This document shows positions 17,365-26,316 of a stretch of DNA of 32,000 bases, in pieces (the first letter of the stretch is position 1; every line of letters starts with the position of its first letter). Below the pieces are notes generated by a model, which made no database searches, had not been told where the DNA came from, and worked only from the letters and a program-made list of their open reading frames with translations. The position numbers and the translations under genes were made by a program. The DNA is taken from the NCBI GenBank assembly GCA_001192655.1, contig BBVC01000099.1, positions 1-32,000 of the forward strand, read 5' to 3'. Source of the stretch: Caedimonas varicaedens. Its GTDB lineage: Bacteria > Pseudomonadota > Alphaproteobacteria > Caedimonadales > Caedimonadaceae.

Positions 17365-18819
17365 TTATTTTACAATTCGAATGCTTTGGGTAATATTGCC
17401 AATATTCTGAAAGATATCATAAAGATCCTGCGAACTTTCAGCCTGAAACGCATATTCGGGTTTAGTGGCGCAATTTGCGTAAATTTGTTTTGCTAATGAA
17501 TCCGAAACTTCAAAAGTGACGGTGAAAATCTGGATGCCAGCTGCATTAATTTGTGAGCAAAGATTACTGAGACGATTATCAATATAAGTGCGCGAACTAT
17601 TAATATCTGTCGTACCCAAAAGACCTTGAGCCAGGAAATTGGGACTGGGTTGACTATAACCATAAGCTGTAGGGTCACCATTAGGGACATAACCAGGCGC
17701 AGCATACCATTGGTCTTCTCCATCAGTGATAATTACAAGATATTTTTGAATTTGGTTATAGGGTTTTGGATCAATGCTTCCCCATTGTCCTGCCCATTTG
17801 GGAGAAATCGTATTCCATCCCCAGACAAGCCCCAAATTACCAAAGGTCCCTCCTCCTGGAACAGGTTGCATGTCATTTATTTTTGAAATTAACGTACCGC
17901 TATTATTTGTCAGGGGTTGGATAGATAATCCGCAGCTACGATTTGGGCCAACGGTTACATAAGTACCTGTTCCTCCATCCAGGATAGGGTTTACGACATT
18001 TAAATTGCTTCCCACAATATTCCAGTCATTATTACCTGTTTGCGCCCCAAAAAGTCCATAGGTGGAAGCAACAAAATAGACAGGCCACTTGCGAGAGGAG
18101 CTGGGGGGATCATCACTATCCATTGTAGGATCGGTATCAACAGCGCCCACACATCCTGCCCAAGGGGCATTCGTTGGAAAAGAACTTAGCAGTGCAGGAT
18201 TGGATAACCAATTTGTATGTGTATTGCCGATATTGACAGCGGCGACGTAAGGAACAATAGAGACAGCCATGGTATTGCTTGTGGCTTGGTTCTGAAAGAC
18301 AATGTTGATAAGGTTTGTTGCTGCAGCTCGTAATCCTGCAATTTTTCCATTAGAGGCCATGGAGCCTGTATTATCAAGAACAAGAGCAAGTTCAGCATTT
18401 TGAAAAGTTCGGAGAACTTGTGAAGAACTTCCGACATTCATACTTGTAATCCCGGCAAATCCTCCTAAATAAGTAGGCATTGTGGCGTTTGCTGAAACAG
18501 TGACAGCCGTACCATCGGGACTGACTGTGATATTAGGAGTGACGGTGGTGGTAGACCCCTGCGTGAAATTTGCATTAAAAAACTTAGTGATATTTGTTGT
18601 GGCATCTGCTGGCTGATATCGGGCGCCCGCAATTGCGCCAGCATCACAAGCATAAGCCAGCTCTGTATCAAAATATGAAACACGTGTTGTTTCTAAGGCC
18701 ATCCCCGTTACAAGCATAAAAGGCACGAGAGCGAGTGCAAAAATAATTGCGACCGCACCGCGGGAATCAGAAAAATAATGAGCAGAGCGATGAGGCTTGC
18801 ATTGAGTTGTTTGTTCCAT
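17365..18819 (-). CDS. tadG: TadG-like Flp-pilus-associated protein with von Willebrand factor A domain
   Basis: The N-terminal TadE/G-like hydrophobic segment is SRGAVAIIFALALVPFMLVTGMALETTRV. A vWA MIDAS-type motif follows (LALVLDNTGSM ... ITDGED). It is the third gene of a tadE-tadF-tadG ordered set. SD GAGGAG lies 9 nt upstream of the ATG. Confidence 0.8.
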   Translation of the reverse strand: MEQTTQCKPHRSAHYFSDSRGAVAIIFALALVPFMLVTGMALETTRVSYFDTELAYACDAGAIAGARYQPADATTNITKFFNANFTQGSTTTVTPNITVSPDGTAVTVSANATMPTYLGGFAGITSMNVGSSSQVLRTFQNAELALVLDNTGSMASNGKIAGLRAAATNLINIVFQNQATSNTMAVSIVPYVAAVNIGNTHTNWLSNPALLSSFPTNAPWAGCVGAVDTDPTMDSDDPPSSSRKWPVYFVASTYGLFGAQTGNNDWNIVGSNLNVVNPILDGGTGTYVTVGPNRSCGLSIQPLTNNSGTLISKINDMQPVPGGGTFGNLGLVWGWNTISPKWAGQWGSIDPKPYNQIQKYLVIITDGEDQWYAAPGYVPNGDPTAYGYSQPSPNFLAQGLLGTTDINSSRTYIDNRLSNLCSQINAAGIQIFTVTFEVSDSLAKQIYANCATKPEYAFQAESSQDLYDIFQNIGNITQSIRIVK

Positions 18820-18843
18820 CGTTTTAGTCTCCTCTATTCCTCG

Positions 18844-19410
18844 CTATTCTCCAACAAGGGTGTTCATGCTCCCAGTACGGGGAGCAAAAACAGATGCCCG
18901 ATAGAGAATCGTGGGGGGGAAAAAATTGGCAAAAATAAGAGGTTTATAACTATAATACACTTCTGTTACAATCATCGTTTGATCTTGAATGACGGTGATA
19001 TTACCCGGCAGATTAGCAGGAAATTGGCCAGGTAACCCTAACTTGCTCGAAGCTCCATTAACGCTTTGTTGCCAGGAAATCGTCATTTTGGCAGGATCTG
19101 TCGTTAATCCCACATTTTGCACTTGCGAAGCAACAATTGAGCCATTTGTATTAAAATCAAAAGGCTGTAAAACGTCTGAAGCTGTATTCAAATAGGCGGT
19201 CAGTATAGGACGGGTGATATTTTGGCGACTGATCATATCGCCAACCACGCCGGCGGCGCGAATGACTTTATTATTTAATAAAATATAGTTTGATATTTCA
19301 TAGATCCCCGAAAATAAAAGAATAGCGACAGGCGCAATAAGAGCAAACTCTGACAAGATGTTGCCTCTGTTTATTTTAAAATAATTCTTTATGTTTTCTA
19401 AAAAACTCAC
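18844..19410 (-). CDS. TadE/TadF-like Flp pseudopilin
   Basis: Prepilin-like N-terminus NRG/NILSEFALIAPVAILLFSGIY (G/xxxxEF plus a hydrophobic helix). I prefer the GTG at 19410 because the minus strand reads TAA-GGAG-TTTAAA-GTG directly after the upstream stop. The track ATG at 19446 would overlap the upstream gene by 26 nt. Its position corresponds to tadF. Confidence 0.7.
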   Translation of the reverse strand: MSFLENIKNYFKINRGNILSEFALIAPVAILLFSGIYEISNYILLNNKVIRAAGVVGDMISRQNITRPILTAYLNTASDVLQPFDFNTNGSIVASQVQNVGLTTDPAKMTISWQQSVNGASSKLGLPGQFPANLPGNITVIQDQTMIVTEVYYSYKPLIFANFFPPTILYRASVFAPRTGSMNTLVGE

Positions 19411-19420
19411 TTTAAACTCC

Positions 19421-19948
19421 TTAGGATCCAGGGGTAAATTGTTCATTCAAAACAGGTGTCTGGGCGTGCAGTGTCACGATGTTGCTGCCCCAAAATAAAT
19501 TGAAGAAAGTATTCCATGGATAGCTGACTTGATAAAGGACAGCCTGCCCCGGTAACCCGAAAGACCCTGAAACGCCCGGTTGTCCTGTTTGTGTCAAATC
19601 TGGATAAGCTGTGACAGTGACCTGAATTTTGCTGGGGTCTATAATACCAGCGCTATATTTACTGGCCGTTTGTTGAATGACTTGTATGATAGACTGATCT
19701 CGCGTCAGTCCTTGTTCGCTTTGACCGGTAATTCCATAACGCCCTGCCTCGCGGACTGCTGATTCCAGGGCATTTTGGACAGTCATCATAATACCTAAAT
19801 TCAGGATACCAAATACAAGGGTAATAAAAACAGGTGCTAAAATCGCAAATTCAATGAGAGATGTTCCATTCTCTCTCTTAAAAAAGAGTAATTTTCTTTT
19901 CAAAAACGACACAACAGAAGAAAATGTTTGAAGATTTTGTCCAAACAT
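19421..19948 (-). CDS. tadE: TadE-like Flp pseudopilin
   Basis: N-terminus ...KRENG/TSLIEFAILAPVFITLVFGILNLGIMM (G/xxxxEF motif plus a hydrophobic helix), typical of the TadE family. SD GGGAGGGG lies just upstream of the ATG at 19948. Confidence 0.75.
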   Translation of the reverse strand: MFGQNLQTFSSVVSFLKRKLLFFKRENGTSLIEFAILAPVFITLVFGILNLGIMMTVQNALESAVREAGRYGITGQSEQGLTRDQSIIQVIQQTASKYSAGIIDPSKIQVTVTAYPDLTQTGQPGVSGSFGLPGQAVLYQVSYPWNTFFNLFWGSNIVTLHAQTPVLNEQFTPGS

Positions 19949-20174
19949 AGATCCCCTCCCCTAATATAACTCATTATCAATTATTTTTTATTTACCTTTT
20001 CATTATACAACAAAATGTAATGCTTAAAAAATAAATTAATACTTTCTCTTCAAAAAAAGAATCTAAACATCCAGCCTGAAAAAAATAATCCCCTACGGTT
20101 AATGTTTCTTTAACAATTTTAGGGCAGTATGAAGGTGTACATTAAGTGGCTATTGTTAATTTAGGGAGATAAAA
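19949..20174. promoter_or_regulatory. AT-rich divergent control region between the tadE operon and flp
   Basis: 226-bp non-coding spacer between divergent starts. It contains three similar A-tract elements spaced about 27 bp apart (centres near 20028, 20055, 20082). The flp SD GGGAG is at 20164-20168. Exact promoters were not assignable by eye. Confidence 0.4.
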
Positions 20175-20333
20175 ATGAAAACTTTTATTAATTTTTTCAA
20201 GGATGAAAATGGAGCCTCTGCTGCCGAATATGGTTTGTTAGTTGCCTTAATTGCTATTGTGATTATTGTTGGCGTGACAAGCTTGGGTACCAAAATCAAT
20301 ACTGACTTTACAAACTTGGCTGCCAAGCTTTAA
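20175..20333 (+). CDS. flp: Flp/Fap-family type IVb pilin (prepilin), 52 codons, absent from the ORF track
   Basis: Translation read from the sequence: MKTFINFFKDENGASAAEYGLLVALIAIVIIVGVTSLGTKINTDFTNLAAKL. It has the Flp processing motif G/ASAAEY followed by about 20 hydrophobic residues. SD GGGAG lies 6 nt upstream, and TAA is at 20331-20333. Confidence 0.8.
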   Translation: MKTFINFFKDENGASAAEYGLLVALIAIVIIVGVTSLGTKINTDFTNLAAKL

Positions 20334-20339
20334 TTGGCG

Positions 20340-20358
20340 CAGCTGCCTGTCGCAGCTG
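20340..20358 (+). terminator. GC-rich hairpin downstream of flp (candidate weak terminator)
   Basis: CAGCTGC (20340-20346) pairs with GCAGCTG (20352-20358) across the loop CTGTC. Only TT follows, so there is no proper U-tract. Each arm also contains the self-complementary CAGCTG. Confidence 0.3.
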
Positions 20359-20443
20359 TTCTCAGGGAGATTCTTTGGGGATGGCTGTGTGGGCTATTCT
20401 TTGATCTTCAGAACAATATATAAATAATATCCACGCTTACTCT

Positions 20444-21523
20444 TTAATAATCCAATTCCGCTAGTTTGCTGGCCTGGTCTTCGGTAATAAGTGCCTGGAG
20501 CAGTTCGTCAAGCGCAGAACCTTCTAGGATTTGCTCTATTTTATAGAGCGTCAGTCCAATACGATGATCTGTGACCCGTCCCTGGGGGAAATTGTAGGTA
20601 CGGATACGTTCTGAGCGATCACCAGATCCAACTTGAGTTTTGCGGGTAGCTGCACGTTCGGCGTCCCGTTTTTGGCGTTCAAGGTCATAAAGACGTGCGC
20701 GAAGAATTTTAAGGGCTTTCGCACGATTTTTATGTTGAGATTTCTCATCCTGCTGTGAGACAACCAGACCCGTGGGAAGATGGGTGATGCGGACAGCGCT
20801 GTCCGTTGTGTTCACGGATTGCCCGCCTGGTCCGCTTGAACGAAAAACATCAATTCGCAAGTCTTTTTCTTCAATCACAATGTCGACTTCTTCCGCCTCA
20901 GGCAAAATAGCGACAGTGGCCGCGCTCGTGTGAATGCGTCCTTGTGTCTCTGTTGCGGGAACGCGTTGGACGCGATGAACGCCGGATTCGAATTTCAAGC
21001 GCGCATAAACACCACGTCCCGTAATTTGAGCGCTTGCGTCCTTAAGCCCGCCAATACCTGTATCATTAAAATGTAAAACTTCAAATTTCCAATGGTGGGA
21101 TTCTGCATAGCGTTGGTACATTCGAAAAAGATCCGCCCCAAAAAGAGCCGCCTCATCACCTCCCGTCCCTGCGCGAATTTCCAGAATGACGTTGCGGTCA
21201 TCATCCTCATCTTTAGGCAAGAGCAAAATTTTAATGTGTTGTTCCAGTTCTGACAGACGCTTTTTTTGTATCAGGAAATCTTCCTCTGCAAGGGTTTTAA
21301 AATCCCGATCCATGGTCGGATCATTCATTATCGCCTCGAGCTCTTGGATCTGTTGTTGGCAATCTCTCAATTGAATGATCGTTTCTGCAACTTTTTCGAC
21401 CTCGGAAAATTCTTTGGAAAGCTTGATAAATTCCTGGGGAGTTTCATGGGTGCTACGGGCCAGCATATCACGCAATTCGTAATAGCGATTCAGAACCTGG
21501 GTCAGTTTATAGTCTAGACTCAT
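20444..21523 (-). CDS. prfA: Peptide chain release factor 1
   Basis: RF1-specific PAT tripeptide ([14 protein letters not shown]) and the GGQ motif ([11 protein letters not shown]). 359 aa, one continuous frame. The ATG overlaps the hisS stop (ATGA at 21520-21523). Confidence 0.95.
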   Translation of the reverse strand: MSLDYKLTQVLNRYYELRDMLARSTHETPQEFIKLSKEFSEVEKVAETIIQLRDCQQQIQELEAIMNDPTMDRDFKTLAEEDFLIQKKRLSELEQHIKILLLPKDEDDDRNVILEIRAGTGGDEAALFGADLFRMYQRYAESHHWKFEVLHFNDTGIGGLKDASAQITGRGVYARLKFESGVHRVQRVPATETQGRIHTSAATVAILPEAEEVDIVIEEKDLRIDVFRSSGPGGQSVNTTDSAVRITHLPTGLVVSQQDEKSQHKNRAKALKILRARLYDLERQKRDAERAATRKTQVGSGDRSERIRTYNFPQGRVTDHRIGLTLYKIEQILEGSALDELLQALITEDQASKLAELDY

Positions 21524-22764
21524 GAGGGGCTCCGCTCGACAAGTAAATATTCTGCTAGCTGGGAGAGAGGGATTTTTGTTTGTTCGCCTGAGACCAAATT
21601 TCTTGCGAGGGCAACGTGTTCTCTGATCTCATCTTCTCCCAATATGATAGCCCATTGAGCTTCCATTTTATGAGCTCGTTTTAGCCTCTTTGACATATTT
21701 CCAGAAAAACCAAGATCAACAGCAATGCCTTGTTTCCTTAATTGTTGGGCAAGGATCAAAGCTTGTGCTTCTGCTACCTCACCCAGAGGAACAAGCGCTA
21801 CAAGACTTTTTTGTGCCAGGGTTAAATGGGAGAGAAGCATGAGTCTTTGCACTCCTGCTGCCCAGCCTACACCTGATAAATCAGGTCCTTCCATCATTTT
21901 GAACAACCCATCATATCTACCCCCTGCCAACACAGTTCCTTGGGCGCCTAATTCATCTGAAATAAATTCAAAGGCTGTATGGCAGTAATAATCCAACCCT
22001 CTTACCAGTTTGCGATTGATTTTATAGGAGATTTTTAAAAGCTCCAAACTCTTGAGAACATCCTCAAAATGAGCCTTTGAAAGGTGAGACAGAAATTCAT
22101 TAAAAACAGGGGCTTCCCTGACGATTTCCTGATCTTTCTTGTCTTTTGAATCAAGGATACGAAGGGGATTTTTCTCAAGCCGTTCAAGGCTTTCTTTTGA
22201 TAAGGATGATGTATAGCGTTTGAAATAGGAAACGAGGGCTTCACGATAGGCATTCCGGCTTTCCATATCGCCCAGAGTATTGATTTCCAGGATAACACGA
22301 CCTGAAAGTCCTAATCTTTCCAGGATATGAGCTGCCAGCGCAATCACTTCCACATCTCCTTGCGGTTCAGAAACACCGCAGAGTTCAACTCCCACTTGCT
22401 CAAACTGGCGAAACCTTCCTTTTTGAGGGCGGTCATAGCGAAACATAGACCCTGCATAAAAAAATTTCAGGGGAAGCTGTTGCGTCAATCCATTGGAAAT
22501 AGCGGCTCGTACCACGGGGGCTGTACATTCAGGGCGTAACGTAAGGCTATCCCCTCCTCGATCGGTAAAGGTATATGTTTCTTTGGAAACAACATCAGAG
22601 GTTTCTCCCAAACGATGAAAAACACCCTCAAATTCAAAAATGGGGGTTATGATTTCATCATAACCATACCACTGTGTGATTTCTCGTGCAGTTTCAATAA
22701 CTTTCAGATGTTTTTGGCACTCTTCTCCATACAGATCATGTGTCCCGCGTACAGGTTGAAACAC
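21520..22764 (-). CDS. hisS: Histidine--tRNA ligase
   Basis: Class II aaRS motifs typical of HisRS: [43 protein letters not shown]. An anticodon-binding C-terminal domain is present. The start is a GTG at 22764, with GGAG about 11 nt upstream. Confidence 0.95.
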   Translation of the reverse strand: MFQPVRGTHDLYGEECQKHLKVIETAREITQWYGYDEIITPIFEFEGVFHRLGETSDVVSKETYTFTDRGGDSLTLRPECTAPVVRAAISNGLTQQLPLKFFYAGSMFRYDRPQKGRFRQFEQVGVELCGVSEPQGDVEVIALAAHILERLGLSGRVILEINTLGDMESRNAYREALVSYFKRYTSSLSKESLERLEKNPLRILDSKDKKDQEIVREAPVFNEFLSHLSKAHFEDVLKSLELLKISYKINRKLVRGLDYYCHTAFEFISDELGAQGTVLAGGRYDGLFKMMEGPDLSGVGWAAGVQRLMLLSHLTLAQKSLVALVPLGEVAEAQALILAQQLRKQGIAVDLGFSGNMSKRLKRAHKMEAQWAIILGEDEIREHVALARNLVSGEQTKIPLSQLAEYLLVERSPS

Positions 22765-22788
22765 CCTCTATCTCCATAAATATTTGAA

Positions 22789-23697
22789 CTAATGTTGCTT
22801 AAGATAGGCAGAAAGAGCCTCTGCGTCCAGAGAAAGATTTGATAGAACCTCACCCGTCTTTCCAAGAGGTTGGGCAGGTTTTGCTCCTATTTTGACATTA
22901 ATGCCCCCAGCATTCCCCGTCCGCATAGTATGCCCCTGACTTTTGGAGAGGGTATAGTTTTCTCCAGCCTGGAAAGTTTTTTCTATAATAATATTCCCGA
23001 GAGGATCTTTAATTTCTATCCAGGAAGGTTGGGAAAATGCAAGATTAAGCTCTCTATTTTCTGCAAGAATTGTTGGTGAGGGCTGGGGGAGTTCTTGCGT
23101 GCTGGTTGATTCTGCAGCGGTTTGTTCCAGATTTTCCTGGTTCGAATCTTCATCTTCTTCCTGTGTTTCCGGATTTCCTTCCTTTGCTGTTGAATCTTGC
23201 GGGGAAGAATTCAACGTCGCCGACTGTATGTTTGACATTACTGGTTTCGAGACCTCAGCGATCGCATGATCAATCGGTTGAGAAGTTGAACTCCATTGCT
23301 TTATTCCGTACCCTATAGCAAAAATAACCATAAGCCCTACTGATGATAAAAGAAGAATTTTTTTGCTTGGAGCCGTCTCGGAAGAAAGAGGAGTAGGAAA
23401 AAAAAGGGGGGCCGCTGCTTCTTCTTGCAGGATTTCTTCCTTAAAGCGACGAACGCAATATTCGGGGTCTATTCCCAAAAATTTTGCATAAGAACGAACA
23501 AAGCCCAGGACATACACGCGCTCTGGAAGGCGGGGACCATCATTATTTTCAATGGCTTCAATATAATGAGAGCTTATGCGAAGATGCGTGGCGACATCCT
23601 GGATAGAATACCCTTTTTCGTTCCGGCATTCTGTCAGATAACTTGTGATGGAAGGAGAATAATCAACTTGTATTTGTTCTTGTTTCATCACAGACAT
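22789..23697 (-). CDS. rodZ: RodZ-like cytoskeleton-associated protein (HTH, single TM, C-terminal DUF4115-like domain)
   Basis: N-terminal XRE-type HTH (GYSIQDVATHLRISSHYIEAIENND ... VLGFVRSYAKFLGIDPE). One TM (ILLLSSVGLMVIFAIGYGI) and an acidic low-complexity linker follow. The C-terminal beta domain reads SWIEIKD...FQAGENYTL...MRTGNAGGINVKIG. Confidence 0.75.
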   Translation of the reverse strand: MSVMKQEQIQVDYSPSITSYLTECRNEKGYSIQDVATHLRISSHYIEAIENNDGPRLPERVYVLGFVRSYAKFLGIDPEYCVRRFKEEILQEEAAAPLFFPTPLSSETAPSKKILLLSSVGLMVIFAIGYGIKQWSSTSQPIDHAIAEVSKPVMSNIQSATLNSSPQDSTAKEGNPETQEEDEDSNQENLEQTAAESTSTQELPQPSPTILAENRELNLAFSQPSWIEIKDPLGNIIIEKTFQAGENYTLSKSQGHTMRTGNAGGINVKIGAKPAQPLGKTGEVLSNLSLDAEALSAYLKQH

Positions 23698-23815
23698 TAC
23701 CTTGGTTGTATTTTTAACGTCAGATTATTCTTTAGAGTTTAAGCCTGAATTTTCGGATCAAACTTATTTTATTTTCACAATCAATACCAAAAAACAGGTG
23801 ATCTAATCAAGTTAA

Positions 23816-26083
23816 TTAATAAATAATATGGTGATCTTTTGCATAATCAGATAAATCTTGCCGTAAAGTCTTTTTATATTTCTTTGTAATTGTTTGTAAA
23901 TATTCAGTAGCTGATTTAAGATTTAGACTGCGAATCATTAGCTTTATATTTCCTATACAAGAAGGCGCCATTGAAAGAGAGCGATATCCAATCATCAAAA
24001 GCGCCATTGCTTCCAGAGGATTTCTCGCCATCTCACCGCATAAGGTAAGAGGCTTTTGTGCTATTTTGCAAGTTTTCGCAACATGTTGAAGAATGTTCAG
24101 AAAGGAAGGTGACAGGACGTCATAGCGATCAGCAAGGTAAGGATTGGTGCGGTCTGCGGCAAAAAAGAATTGCGATAGATCATTGCTGCCCAGAGAAACG
24201 AAATCTACATGGGGTAAAATAGAGCTTAAAGACCACACAATTGAAGGAACCTCTATCATGATACCGATTTTTATGGAAGAAGGGGGATTTCGTTTCTTGT
24301 GTTTTTGCGTTCTCTCTAATTCAAGACCGAGCAATCGTTTCGCTTCCAACAGCTCTTCCAACTCAGCAATCATGGGGAACATAAGATGTAACTCTTTTCC
24401 TGCTGCGGCTTGAATAAGCGCGCGCAGCTGGTAGCGTAATAACATGGGACGATCAAGTCCAATTCTAATGGCTCGCCACCCTAAAACAGGATTGTCATCT
24501 TCCATGGATCGCAAATAGGGAAGTGCCTTATCTCCTCCAATATCTAGGGTGCGAAATATGACAGGATGACTTCCTGCGGCATGCCTAAGCTCAGAATATA
24601 ATTTCACTTGTGTTTCAACTGTTGGAAACTCATGCTGCATCATAAAAGGAATTTCTGTACGATAAAGTCCTACGCCTTTGGCTGCGGTGATTTTGAGTTG
24701 TTCAATGTCTATCAGAAGTCCCGCGTTCAGATAGAGATCAATTTCGATTCCATCCAGCGTTATGGCTGGTTGATTCTGTATTTCCTGTGCCAAAGCATGC
24801 TTTTTAGAAAAGTGATGGTGTCGGGATTCAAAATTCATGAGAGTTCGGCTGTTTGGTCTCAATGTCACCAGTCCTGTATTTCCATCCATCAAAATGATTT
24901 CTCCAGGCTCAATTTTTCCCAAAACATCAGGAATACGGCTTACGACGGGAATATTGAGTGCGCGTGCAACGATAGAGACATGAGCTGTTTGTAGCCCTTC
25001 CTCGAGAACAAGGCCACAAATGCCGTAGTTCTCATATTCCAGAAGTTCCGCAGATCCCAGGCTGTGCGCAACGATAATAATTCCTGCTTCGTCTTGTGTC
25101 GCTACGATATCTTTTTCACCTAATAAATGGTGAAGCAGCCGATTGGCAAGATCTTCAAAATCCCATAAGCGGTCACGCAGTAAGCTATTGTTGGGGCGGG
25201 AAAGATGAATACGCAAATCACGCTGAACTTTTTGAACAGCGGCTTCTGCTGTAAACCCTGTTTCGATAAGGCGTTTGATGCGGGTTAGCCAGCCACGATC
25301 ATGGGCAAACATTTCATAAGTCTCAAGAATCTCACGATGTTCGGTATTTTGCAAAAAAGATTTTGAAAATAAAGTTTTGATAGATTCTTGCATGGCCTGT
25401 ACAGCCTGGTCAAAACGATTCAGTTCAGTATGTGTGTCTTCTGAAATAAGTTGTTTAACAACGATATGAGGATGATGAAGTACAGCGGTTCCATAAGCCA
25501 AACCAGGATTAAGGGAAATTCCCCAGAGTTTCAGATCATGGAAATCTCCACTCCCTGTGATATGAAATTCATGTCGGTTAATGAGCTCTCCTGCAACGAT
25601 CATTTCAGACAGTACCATGGCAATTGTCTGAAGAATTTCTACTTCCCCATTGGTAAAAAGCCTCTTTTTGAGTGTTTGAAGGGTTAATACGCCAATGACT
25701 TTTCCTCTTCGATTCAGGGGAACCGCCAGGAAAGAGATTAACTTTTCTTCATTGGACTGGGGAATTAGCTTGAAACTGGGGTGTGATTTCACATCGGAAA
25801 GAACGAGAGGACGTGAATTTGCAGCAACATCTCCCACAACACCTTCACCAATATTCAGCCTTAGGCGATGTACCATAGAGAGATTAAGCCCATGAGTGGC
25901 AAATAATTCCAGAAATATCCCCCCTCGCACTAAATAAACAGAACAGACGTCGGCCTCCATATCAGCTGCGATCAGCTTGACGATGAAGTCAAGTTTGTTC
26001 TGGGAAGAGAGATCTGCTCCACCCATGATATCACGAAGACGTCGCAGTAGTCGGTGAGAAGTTGTAGAAGCTTGTGCTGTCAT
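23816..26083 (-). CDS. ptsP: Phosphoenolpyruvate--protein phosphotransferase PtsP (EI-Ntr) with N-terminal GAF domain
   Basis: 755 aa. The N-terminal GAF-like region is followed by Enzyme I blocks: GLQTAHVSIVARALNIPV (phospho-His region), GLYRTEIPFM, TLDIGGDK, NPVLGWRAIR, FVSLGSNDLSQF and LCGEMA. Confidence 0.9.
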   Translation of the reverse strand: MTAQASTTSHRLLRRLRDIMGGADLSSQNKLDFIVKLIAADMEADVCSVYLVRGGIFLELFATHGLNLSMVHRLRLNIGEGVVGDVAANSRPLVLSDVKSHPSFKLIPQSNEEKLISFLAVPLNRRGKVIGVLTLQTLKKRLFTNGEVEILQTIAMVLSEMIVAGELINRHEFHITGSGDFHDLKLWGISLNPGLAYGTAVLHHPHIVVKQLISEDTHTELNRFDQAVQAMQESIKTLFSKSFLQNTEHREILETYEMFAHDRGWLTRIKRLIETGFTAEAAVQKVQRDLRIHLSRPNNSLLRDRLWDFEDLANRLLHHLLGEKDIVATQDEAGIIIVAHSLGSAELLEYENYGICGLVLEEGLQTAHVSIVARALNIPVVSRIPDVLGKIEPGEIILMDGNTGLVTLRPNSRTLMNFESRHHHFSKKHALAQEIQNQPAITLDGIEIDLYLNAGLLIDIEQLKITAAKGVGLYRTEIPFMMQHEFPTVETQVKLYSELRHAAGSHPVIFRTLDIGGDKALPYLRSMEDDNPVLGWRAIRIGLDRPMLLRYQLRALIQAAAGKELHLMFPMIAELEELLEAKRLLGLELERTQKHKKRNPPSSIKIGIMIEVPSIVWSLSSILPHVDFVSLGSNDLSQFFFAADRTNPYLADRYDVLSPSFLNILQHVAKTCKIAQKPLTLCGEMARNPLEAMALLMIGYRSLSMAPSCIGNIKLMIRSLNLKSATEYLQTITKKYKKTLRQDLSDYAKDHHIIY

Positions 26084-26316
26084 TGATTTTCCCTGTTTTC
26101 TTTTTTCTCAGGGTATTAGGCGTTGGAATTCACGTTTCCTGCATGCGTTGCTGTGCAGAAGCGTCGCTTGTGTCCCTGTTCAAATACTGGAACTTTTCGA
26201 GTATATCTTTAATCCCGCAGGCAGATATTTTCCTTTGGAGTCACATATATGAAACCTTTCGTCAAGAACTTTATTATAAGCTTGAGTTATGTTTGTCTGT
26301 CTGCATTATTTTAACA

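Noticed and set aside
20146-20162. Sigma-54 type promoter (TGGC...) upstream of flp
   Set aside because: TGGC is present at 20147-20150, but the position where the -12 GC should fall (GG-N10-GC) reads TT, so the spacing and consensus fail.
20444-21523. Programmed +1 frameshift of the release-factor type
   Set aside because: The gene is RF1 (PAT motif), not RF2. The frame is continuous from ATG to stop, with no internal CUU UGA site.
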